From positions 55,647 to 75,646 of the IMG/VR virus record IMGVR_UViG_3300036770_004343: a stretch of 20,000 nt of DNA; one strand, 5' to 3'. The notes under the pieces were generated by a model. That model was not told the origin of the DNA. It ran no database searches and was given only the letters and a program-made list of their open reading frames with translations. This document shows positions 9,287 through 16,423 of the stretch, one piece after another (position 1 is the stretch's first letter; each line of letters begins with the position of its first letter). The translations under genes were made by a program, and so were the position numbers. Source of the stretch: an uncultured virus (IMG/VR IMGVR_UViG_3300036770_004343). Lineage: Duplodnaviria > Heunggongvirae > Uroviricota > Caudoviricetes.

Positions 9287-10489
9287 ATGAAAATTAGTTT
9301 TATCCAACCCAGCAGAAACAACTTAAAATATCTTAAGTGGAGTTACGAAGCTATTCGTAAAAATTTAAGTCATAAAGAACACGAAGTTTGCGTAGCTGAC
9401 GATTTTAGTAACGACGGTACCTTGGAATGGTGTAAAGAAACCGCAGCTAAAGATCCATACTTTAAGTTCATACGTAATCACGGACCAACCAGATTGGGTC
9501 ACACAATTCTATACGACCGTCTTATAAATGAAGTTGCTACCAATGAGGTTGTGATGATCTATCACGCTGATATGTACGCCTGTCCTAACTTTGATAAATA
9601 TGTTGAAAAATATATTCAACCAGGCACAATCGTGAGTCTAACTCGTATTGAACCACCTTTACATCCTCCCGGACCAGAAAAGATCGTTCAAGCATTTGGA
9701 ACTGAGCCAGAAGAGTTTAATGAAGCTGGATTATTGAAATGGTTCAATGATACCCGTTTGACCAGAAAAGATAAAACCACAGAAGGAATCTTTGCGCCAT
9801 GGGCCCTTTATAAGAAGGATTTCCAGTCAATTGGTGGTCACGATGATCTTTATGCTCCTCAGAGCAAAGAAGATAGTGATATCTTTAACCGTTTCCTATT
9901 AAATGGATATAAGTTTGTACAAACGTGGGAGGGATGTGTATATCATATGACCTGTAGAGGAAGTAGATATAATCCAACTCTAACCACAGTTGGCAAAGAA
10001 AGCGACGAATGGTTGGCACAAAACAATCGAAGTGCCAGAAACTTTATTCGTAAATGGGGACACTTTGTTAAACACAATGATACTATGAAGCCAATTGTGC
10101 CAAAACGTTATGATGTTGGATTTGTAGTACGTAACTGTGACGAATACAAATTGGCTTTGTTGGAACCTTGGTGTGACACCATTTATACCGATGTACCATA
10201 TGACCGTTATATTAATATCGAACAGAAAAATACCAAGTTTGATTTGAATAAAAAACTCAAACGATATGAAGTACCAAAAACAAATGATATCATCGTAGAG
10301 TTTGATGCAACTAAGTTATCAAATGAAAGTTTTGAATTTTTCAATATGATTCAACTGATGTTAGAAGATAGCGGTCAAATAGGCACTTTGGAATTTGACA
10401 TCTTCAAACTACATATTAATAAATTACAAGATTATAGCAAACAATTAATTGAAATAAAAGACGAATGGTATAACAAAAAATTGTTATGA
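9287..10489 (+). CDS. GT2 family glycosyltransferase with C-terminal extension
   Basis: KISFIQPSRN, VCVADDFSNDGT, YHADM and GGHDDLYAPQSKEDSD (ED motif). Confidence 0.88.
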   Translation: MKISFIQPSRNNLKYLKWSYEAIRKNLSHKEHEVCVADDFSNDGTLEWCKETAAKDPYFKFIRNHGPTRLGHTILYDRLINEVATNEVVMIYHADMYACPNFDKYVEKYIQPGTIVSLTRIEPPLHPPGPEKIVQAFGTEPEEFNEAGLLKWFNDTRLTRKDKTTEGIFAPWALYKKDFQSIGGHDDLYAPQSKEDSDIFNRFLLNGYKFVQTWEGCVYHMTCRGSRYNPTLTTVGKESDEWLAQNNRSARNFIRKWGHFVKHNDTMKPIVPKRYDVGFVVRNCDEYKLALLEPWCDTIYTDVPYDRYINIEQKNTKFDLNKKLKRYEVPKTNDIIVEFDATKLSNESFEFFNMIQLMLEDSGQIGTLEFDIFKLHINKLQDYSKQLIEIKDEWYNKKLL

Positions 10490-10656
10490 AAAAATTGATA
10501 GAAATTTGGAAAAATACGTTCTTAAAGTATTTTGATATAAATCAAAATGGTAAATTAGATCATTTGGAAATAGTATTTTTCTTATGTTTATTAATTGCGT
10601 ACAACTTGTTTTTTCAAATATTGGGTAATTACATTTACGATCTTATAAAAAAATGA
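10486..10656 (+). CDS. 56-aa membrane microprotein with an EF-hand-like loop (absent from the supplied ORF track)
   Basis: Hand translation: MKKLIEIWKNTFLKYFDINQNGKLDHLEIVFFLCLLIAYNLFFQILGNYIYDLIKK*. It fills the gap exactly, with ATGA overlaps at both ends. Confidence 0.8.
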   Translation: MKKLIEIWKNTFLKYFDINQNGKLDHLEIVFFLCLLIAYNLFFQILGNYIYDLIKK

Positions 10657-11030
10657 ACTTAACTGATTACAATATACCGCTTATATTTTGGGTATCATTC
10701 ATTTTGGTGATTTGGTTAAACAGCGATATAGTACATACAATCGCTAAATTAACAAACACTAAACGTCTGTTAAAAATAGATGAATATCAATTGTATAAAT
10801 CAACCGTGGATCCGATGTCAACATATCCCAATTTTTTATATGCTGAATACCCAGGTTATTTTACTAAATTAATAAGTTGTGTGATTTGTTTGTGTTTTTG
10901 GTCAAGCTTATTTAGCGTGGGTATATTATTGTTAGTTTTAAACTATCCGTTATACTACGTGATTCTGTTGTTTCCAATTAACTACATTTGCAGTTTGTTT
11001 TTATATTTAATAATAAATAAATTATTATGA
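10653..11030 (+). CDS. Small membrane protein, DUF1360-like
   Basis: Three hydrophobic segments; KLISCVICLCFW resembles the DUF1360 L..CxxC..W motif. Confidence 0.55.
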   Translation: MNLTDYNIPLIFWVSFILVIWLNSDIVHTIAKLTNTKRLLKIDEYQLYKSTVDPMSTYPNFLYAEYPGYFTKLISCVICLCFWSSLFSVGILLLVLNYPLYYVILLFPINYICSLFLYLIINKLL

Positions 11031-11308
11031 TTATAGGAAGTTTTGTTGCATTAAACAATTTGGTATCCAAAGATAATATCGGCGCATTTGCGCCTTTAAC
11101 AAATTGTATACAAACATTTGATAAAATCTGTTCGTGTCAAAAACAAAGAAAAACACTAAAGCACGATGAATGTAATAAAATTTACATTAATATAGTTACA
11201 GCCGTAGCTCCTTCTTTGGTTGATTACTTTAAAACAAAAACCACTGATGAAGAAATTATATTCTATCACAGTGGTCATAATTTAATTATGAAACTCAAAT
11301 TGCGTTAA
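11027..11308 (+). CDS. Hypothetical protein (CSC motif)
   Basis: 93-aa ORF with an ATGA overlap; last + strand gene, overlapping the convergent gene by 14 nt. Confidence 0.65.
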   Translation: MIIGSFVALNNLVSKDNIGAFAPLTNCIQTFDKICSCQKQRKTLKHDECNKIYINIVTAVAPSLVDYFKTKTTDEEIIFYHSGHNLIMKLKLR

Positions 11309-11936
11309 TAGCATTCAACGCATTTAAAACGTTTTCTCTGATGTAGGGATACTCCTCCAATATACATCCGTTCAATTTATCACTACAATCTTCCCATTCA
11401 AAAGCGCAATCTGCTTTTGCTTTTACTTTTGGATCATTGATCATTTCGTGATCGTTTGGAGCTGAATTATAAATCTTAACTATTTTGTTTTTACTAAACC
11501 TTCTGCCTGAAGGTACAGGTTCTTGTTTGTATTTGGTAATATGAACTAACTTACCACTTTGTTTTTGTTGCAACCAAGTACATTCATCTTGTGGATACAC
11601 ATCGTATCTGATATCAGTTATAAAAACCACATCTGCAGTAGATTGTTTAATCTTTTCTTCAATTTTACCAGTCCAATATCTACCCTCAGATACCTTTCTC
11701 ATAACATCGCCATAAGCAACCAATAGTGGTCTAATAATATTCTTCTCATTGGTGTTCTCTGTAAATACATCAATGCCCACCTTGGACTTGATAAGATCTT
11801 TTAAATCGTTTTTCAACTCATATGCCAATGCATACTTTTCGGTTTTGAGACCTTGTTCAGTCAAAAGTTTTTGAGCAACAGTAGTAAATAAATCTTTACC
11901 ACTACGAGCAAATCCAGACACACCTATAATTTTCAT
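11295..11936 (-). CDS. Deoxynucleoside monophosphate kinase-like protein (T4 gp1-like P-loop kinase)
   Basis: MKIIGVSGFARSGKD P-loop, R.LL..YGDVMR and VVFITDIRY. Start moved to the ATG at 11936, which follows the upstream stop as TAATATG. Confidence 0.75.
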   Translation of the reverse strand: MKIIGVSGFARSGKDLFTTVAQKLLTEQGLKTEKYALAYELKNDLKDLIKSKVGIDVFTENTNEKNIIRPLLVAYGDVMRKVSEGRYWTGKIEEKIKQSTADVVFITDIRYDVYPQDECTWLQQKQSGKLVHITKYKQEPVPSGRRFSKNKIVKIYNSAPNDHEMINDPKVKAKADCAFEWEDCSDKLNGCILEEYPYIRENVLNALNAINAI

Positions 11937-11937
11937 A

Positions 11938-12411
11938 TTATTTAAATAAATTCTCCACTTCTTTCTCGCTATATCCAAAACCTTGAATCAGCTCACATAA
12001 TTCTTTTAAGTTGTTGTCAGAAGCAGTATAAACACTATAATAGTCTATTGCATCACGTTTGCCAATTTTATATTTGTCACAGATGCAATCTAGTATTGTA
12101 TTATTAATACCCTCGGTACTATTCTTGATATACTTACAGAACTTTCTACCTTTTGGTACTAAATCAATCAATACTTGATAAAATTGTTCTTCTGGAATGT
12201 TCTGAAAATGTTTGGATATAAAAGATACTTCTTCTATAATATCAGCATCCATACTTAAGAATCTAATCAACATATATTTGTTGAAAGACTTCTTCTCCTC
12301 TTCAGAAAGAGAAGTGTAGTAGTTTTTGTTTTTTACCTCCCGAATATGATTTACATGATCAAATAAACCACGAACTTTAACTTTGTTTTCGGATGTTTTC
12401 TTTGCTTTCAT
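11938..12411 (-). CDS. Probable phage clamp-loader small subunit (T4 gp62-like)
   Basis: LFDHVNHI...FNKYMLIRFLSM.....I...YQVLIDLVPKGRKFCKYIK...ICDKYKIGKRDAIDY matches the remembered gp62 pattern (LFD.lN.I / FMINR.LS / KRF.KW.K / YY..S...A..Y). Confidence 0.65.
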   Translation of the reverse strand: MKAKKTSENKVKVRGLFDHVNHIREVKNKNYYTSLSEEEKKSFNKYMLIRFLSMDADIIEEVSFISKHFQNIPEEQFYQVLIDLVPKGRKFCKYIKNSTEGINNTILDCICDKYKIGKRDAIDYYSVYTASDNNLKELCELIQGFGYSEKEVENLFK

Positions 12412-12628
12412 TATTCAATATTCTACTACGTTTTGCCAAAACTTCAATGTCTTTTGATATTTTATTATTTTTTAAATTTAATAACTCCAATGCATCAACT
12501 GTGAGAATTTGGTGGTCATCAAATTTTCTTAATAATTTAATAAACAGATAGAAATTGAAAAAAGAAAATATGGCTACTATTATGAGTAGTAGCCATATCA
12601 ATACTTGACTATTAAAAATATAACTCAT
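12377..12628 (-). CDS. Hypothetical single-TM protein with a coiled-coil-like tail
   Basis: N-terminal hydrophobic run VLIWLLLIIVAIFSFFNFYLFI followed by a charged helix. Confidence 0.6.
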   Translation of the reverse strand: MSYIFNSQVLIWLLLIIVAIFSFFNFYLFIKLLRKFDDHQILTVDALELLNLKNNKISKDIEVLAKRSRILNNESKENIRKQS

Positions 12629-12670
12629 ACTTATAACTATTTACAAGTACGAGTTAACATTTATTTCAAA

Positions 12671-12874
12671 TTAAGCCTTATAAGCAGTGCTCAATACTTC
12701 ACGTAGAGCATTGATCTGACGACCGGTTAGGTCAACTCGGCTATTACCAGCACGTAGAGTCAAGCGTGAGGCCTTCTTAGCCTTAGCGACTGGAGTGGAG
12801 AGATAAATCTCAACACCAGTGGTGTTATGGCCTACGAAGTTAGTCTTGTTACGAGCATTTGTACGAGTATACAT
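12671..12874 (-). CDS. Small basic hypothetical protein (67 aa)
   Basis: K/R-rich, with frequent CGT/AAG/GCT codons; has its own promoter and an A-rich leader. Confidence 0.75.
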   Translation of the reverse strand: MYTRTNARNKTNFVGHNTTGVEIYLSTPVAKAKKASRLTLRAGNSRVDLTGRQINALREVLSTAYKA

Positions 12875-12940
12875 ATTATTTCTTTACTTTCTTTTTTTGT
12901 TTGTTTTTTGTTTCGTTAGTTTCATCACTAACTTAAATTT

Positions 12941-12969
12941 ATCTTACCACCCAATCACTAATCTGTCAA
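12941..12969 (-). promoter_or_regulatory. Sigma70-type promoter, copy 1
   Basis: Minus strand TTGACA-gattagtgattgggtgg(17)-TAAGAT, with extended -10 TGn. Confidence 0.8.
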
Positions 12970-12980
12970 CAACTTTTCAA

Positions 12981-13892
12981 TCAAATTTTGAATTCTTTTT
13001 CAAACCGTTCAATAGCATAATCCTTAGCTTTGAACTCAAACTCTACATCAACGTCATTTTCAAATAGTTCTTTATGTAAAATATATACATAATCTGAATG
13101 TGCTCGATCTGTTGGATCAGACCTGCCATTACTGTAATGAAATAATGGTTTATATTTACCCCAAGTTTCCATACACATTAAGATGGCTTTTTCGGGAGAA
13201 ATATTTTCTGGATTATTCAATCTAAAATGATGTGAGTCATAAGTAATAGGGATTCCTGTTTTTTGATAGATCAGATCATAAAGCTTAATCAATCCCCAAC
13301 TATTGGGTTTATCTTCTAATTCAAGAACGAGACGAGACTTAACATTTGCAGGAAAATCATTGTATACATCAATAAATCGTTTAGCAATATCCTTGGTATT
13401 GCCTTTGTAACAATTCATATGAATATTGATTGGAGATTCATATGACTGCGGCAAACCAAACAAATCCATAATTGAAGCGTGGTTTTTTAATTCCACAATA
13501 GATTTTTCCACCACAGACTTGGTAGCACTTGCTGGTACAACAAATTGATCCGGATGTGTACTACACCGAACATTGTATTTTTTAATTATATCAGCCGCAA
13601 TTTTAAATTCTTGCGCAATTAGATTGTAATCTGGCAGAATATCAAATGACAAATTTGCTTCGGGTAAAGTCGCTAAAGGAAACAAGTCACTACTAATTCG
13701 ATAGTTCCAATTTCTAATACCGCAAAATTCAATAGTTTTGCGTGTAACAACCACATTGTTAAGTGTACGTTTTGAAACGGTAGATAAAGCTTCTTTTCGT
13801 TCCAAAGCAAGAAATTTAGTTTTGGTCATCGTGTTAGCTCTAACACTTTGTTCTTGCAGTTTGAGAGAAATACAACATAGAGATTTTTTCAT
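12981..13892 (-). CDS. uvsE: UV damage endonuclease (UvsE/UvdE)
   Basis: SLCCIS, YRISSDLFP, RCSTHPDQF, INIH, RLVLELED, ITYDSHH, PLFHYS, RAHSDY and EFEFKAKDYAI. Confidence 0.92.
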   Translation of the reverse strand: MKKSLCCISLKLQEQSVRANTMTKTKFLALERKEALSTVSKRTLNNVVVTRKTIEFCGIRNWNYRISSDLFPLATLPEANLSFDILPDYNLIAQEFKIAADIIKKYNVRCSTHPDQFVVPASATKSVVEKSIVELKNHASIMDLFGLPQSYESPINIHMNCYKGNTKDIAKRFIDVYNDFPANVKSRLVLELEDKPNSWGLIKLYDLIYQKTGIPITYDSHHFRLNNPENISPEKAILMCMETWGKYKPLFHYSNGRSDPTDRAHSDYVYILHKELFENDVDVEFEFKAKDYAIERFEKEFKI

Positions 13893-13900
13893 TCTATGTT

Positions 13901-13929
13901 ATCTTACCAGCACATTTATAATAAGTCAA
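13901..13929 (-). promoter_or_regulatory. Sigma70-type promoter, copy 2 (uvsE)
   Basis: Minus strand TTGACT-tattataaatgtgctgg(17)-TAAGAT, ending 8 nt before the uvsE ATG. Confidence 0.8.
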
Positions 13930-13932
13930 GTC

Positions 13933-14880
13933 TTAAGTCCACGGATACAAAGGCAACTTATACTTGGTACCGCCTATCATTATTCCCACATATCCAGCAA
14001 TTGGACTTCCAGCACCACTAATAAACATAGAATTTGAACCAGTAATAGCATTAAACAATTGCAATGTACCGTTTATCAAAAATTTATCATCTACACGCCC
14101 GCTACTTCCTGTTATTTTAGCAAACCCAGCATATCCACCTGTTATTTGAGTAAAACCAGCATAACCACCACTAATACTACCAGTAAATTGGTTGGCTGTA
14201 AATTTTCCTGTTATTTTGCCATTGCTACCACTTAATTTATTAAAATTAGCTCTACTACCACTAATACTAGATGTTATTGAAGTTGCGATAACTCTACCAG
14301 AAATTCTAGCAGAAGAACCGCTTAATTTGTTAAAGTTAGCTCTGCTGCCACTAAAACTGCCTGTAAAAGATCCTGTGAAATTACCTCTTACTTGTTTGGA
14401 ATAAAAATGAGAATAACTTCCAGGTGCGCCGGTACCAATTTTTATTGTAGTAGCAGAACTAGCAAAATCTATTGTTGTAGGTGTACCCAACAACAAAGGT
14501 GAAGCATTGGTACTATCAATATCACCGCCGGCGTTTATACTACCGTTAGTAGATAACGTATTTGAAGAAGCATCATATGACAACGATGTATCTAATCCAA
14601 GAATTTTCTGACCACTACCATTTGAAAAAACCAGATATTTAGTACCACTTGCAGCAGATTGATCTTTAATAAAATTGCTACCACTGAAACTACCTGTGAA
14701 ATTCGTAGCAATTACTTGTCCCAATTTGGTTACTTTGAACTTTGTAACACTCCCAAGTTGCAAATCTATTAGTTTACTTGTACTATCTGATGGTCCAGCG
14801 TCCGCTACATTCATCTTTATCGCAGTCTGATCTCCAGACCCGAATGTAGCGGTCATTGCATTGATTGGGGTATTCGCCAT
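13933..14880 (-). CDS. Gly/Ser/Thr-rich virion fibre-like protein with internal repeats
   Basis: FTGSFSGS repeats and 10/30-aa periodicity; C-terminal GYVGIMIGGTKYKLPLY resembles phage fibre termini. Confidence 0.6.
   Translation of the reverse strand: MANTPINAMTATFGSGDQTAIKMNVADAGPSDSTSKLIDLQLGSVTKFKVTKLGQVIATNFTGSFSGSNFIKDQSAASGTKYLVFSNGSGQKILGLDTSLSYDASSNTLSTNGSINAGGDIDSTNASPLLLGTPTTIDFASSATTIKIGTGAPGSYSHFYSKQVRGNFTGSFTGSFSGSRANFNKLSGSSARISGRVIATSITSSISGSRANFNKLSGSNGKITGKFTANQFTGSISGGYAGFTQITGGYAGFAKITGSSGRVDDKFLINGTLQLFNAITGSNSMFISGAGSPIAGYVGIMIGGTKYKLPLYPWT
14101..14385 (-). repeat. Degenerate 90-bp (30-aa) coding repeat built from 10-aa units
   Basis: SGSRANFNKLSGS occurs twice, 30 aa apart (+ strand cc[ag]cttaattt[ag]ttaaa[ag]ttagctct near 14228 and 14318). 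GGYAGF occurs twice, 10 aa apart. Confidence 0.85.
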
Positions 14881-14890
14881 AAATTACTTT

Positions 14891-14904
14891 TATAAATATA
14901 AATA
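14891..14904 (-). promoter_or_regulatory. Tandem TATTTATA motif upstream of the fibre-like gene (candidate late promoter)
   Basis: Minus strand cTATTTATATTTATA-aaagtaattt-ATG; two overlapping copies. Confidence 0.45.
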
Positions 14905-14938
14905 GTATATGTATAAAGTAATTTATAATATAATAATT

Positions 14939-16123
14939 CTATCTACCAACTTCTTTGAAATAGGTATCTTTAGCCTCTTGATAAGACATTCCCAACATTT
15001 GGTTATAAAAATGTATCGTACTCTTTAAATTTGATTCACTATTTAGCTTTTTATATCGTTCTATAGCCTTTGGTCGCCACCAATCAATTACACCTTGCAT
15101 ATCACGTTTAAACAGATCTTTCATTACCAATTGATCGTCGTTGATCTTGTTTTGTAGAAAGTCCTTGGTATTTTCATAAAAACAACTATAGTATACCCCA
15201 CGTTCATATCCGTGTTGATAATTGCTTTGTTTGATACAGCATTTGCTAAATATCATACTCAAAATACGAGACTTAGCACCAGTAACAGGTCCACTTACTC
15301 CTTCTTTCTGAGTAAGTGCCTTGTCATAAGCCGTAACATCAATGTCTTTTAACCAATCGTGCCAAATTTCATAAATATTATCATCTGGTTTAATTGAAAT
15401 TTTCCCAGCGCTACTGCCACATTTATGCCACCATTTTAAACTGTTATACATACTGTAACTACCATATAAACTGGTAGTTGTCATACCCACTAGTGTTTGA
15501 TTATATAACTTTTGCCAAATATTTCTAACAGTACTAGTAGTAATCATAGCAGCTACTAATTTACCACCAAGAAAATTATAACCAATTGGTTGGGTACTCA
15601 TAATACAACTACCAATAGCACTGTGAGCTAATCTTTTATCTTTGATCTTATTATCAGCTGTCCAACCCAAATAATTGTCACGATCAGTAATAGCAATTAC
15701 ATCACTAGAAACACTAATACATCCAATATATTTTGGATTGTCAACATTTCCATCGGTTACAAGAAATTTTATAAATCTACCTGGAGTTTGATCAAATGTC
15801 ATAGTATGACCAAAAATACGAAGAATAGTCCAATCTTCATTTTGCTGATCTGTTTCAACATAAACCAAGGTGGGATTGATATTTTCTATATCTTTAATAG
15901 TCAAAGACACATCGTTAATATCAGTTGGAGTCCAAATCTTAGCTTTAATAATATTAGCCTTATTCGCCAAGTTTTCGCATGTTTGTATCTCTAACCATTT
16001 TTTGTAAAAGGTCTGTTCTTCCACAGACATAGATTTTAAGAAATTAAGATTGTCTATGAGTTTCTTTTTATTTCCCTCAAAGTCAAAAGCTTCTATTCCA
16101 AAAAATTCTTGTAATGCATCCAT
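14939..16123 (-). CDS. DUF4338 / Druantia DruA-like protein
   Basis: PGRFIKFLVTD, IGCISVSSDVIAITDRDNYLGW, QPIGYNFLGGKLVAAM and TTTSLYGSYSMYN follow the DruA/DUF4338 motif order. Start set at 16123 (TAATATG coupling); the ORF track gives 16144. Confidence 0.72.
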   Translation of the reverse strand: MDALQEFFGIEAFDFEGNKKKLIDNLNFLKSMSVEEQTFYKKWLEIQTCENLANKANIIKAKIWTPTDINDVSLTIKDIENINPTLVYVETDQQNEDWTILRIFGHTMTFDQTPGRFIKFLVTDGNVDNPKYIGCISVSSDVIAITDRDNYLGWTADNKIKDKRLAHSAIGSCIMSTQPIGYNFLGGKLVAAMITTSTVRNIWQKLYNQTLVGMTTTSLYGSYSMYNSLKWWHKCGSSAGKISIKPDDNIYEIWHDWLKDIDVTAYDKALTQKEGVSGPVTGAKSRILSMIFSKCCIKQSNYQHGYERGVYYSCFYENTKDFLQNKINDDQLVMKDLFKRDMQGVIDWWRPKAIERYKKLNSESNLKSTIHFYNQMLGMSYQEAKDTYFKEVGR

Positions 16124-16124
16124 A

Positions 16125-16349
16125 TTATTCGGTTTTCCGTACAATCAATTTAAATTTCAAAGTCAATTCGTTTTTAGATGAATTAACTTCTTTTATTTCC
16201 CACTTTTCTTTTAACGTATCCAAATACAAATTGGTGCCGTTATCAACATATTCTACAGGCTTTTTATTATCTAGTAAATCTTTTTCTTCGTATACCAAAA
16301 AGTTTTTTCCTTTTTTATCTAAATAAATTAGTATTTTATCTCGTTTCAT
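16125..16349 (-). CDS. Hypothetical protein (74 aa)
   Basis: Fills the gap, is coupled to the DruA-like gene, and is preceded by TATTTATA. Confidence 0.65.
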   Translation of the reverse strand: MKRDKILIYLDKKGKNFLVYEEKDLLDNKKPVEYVDNGTNLYLDTLKEKWEIKEVNSSKNELTLKFKLIVRKTE

Positions 16350-16356
16350 ATCAACC

Positions 16357-16364
16357 TATAAATA
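16357..16364 (-). promoter_or_regulatory. TATTTATA motif (candidate late promoter)
   Basis: Minus strand cTATTTATA-ggttgat-ATG, directly after the terminator hairpin. Confidence 0.45.
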
Positions 16365-16399
16365 GAAATGCCGTATATCTAATCACTGATATACGGCAT
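16360..16399 (-). terminator. Intrinsic terminator-like hairpin
   Basis: Perfect 12-bp inverted repeat atgccgtatatc (16368-16379) / gatatacggcat (16388-16399) with an 8-nt loop, followed on the minus strand by TTCTATTT; 24 nt downstream of the 16424 stop. Confidence 0.75.
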
Positions 16400-16423
16400 A
16401 TTATCACTAATTATATAGTTTTA

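Noticed and set aside
11295..11308. Terminator at the convergent strand switch
   Set aside because: The two genes overlap by 14 nt and no convincing hairpin was seen.
11937..11978. Longer N-terminus for the dNMP kinase (start 11978), and likewise 16144 for the DruA-like gene
   Set aside because: Downstream ATGs sit directly after the upstream stop (TAATATG). For the kinase this also puts the P-loop at the N-terminus, as expected.
14101..14385. Diversity-generating retroelement TR/VR pair in the fibre gene
   Set aside because: The repeats are adjacent in-frame coding units that differ largely at synonymous sites, and no reverse transcriptase is present.
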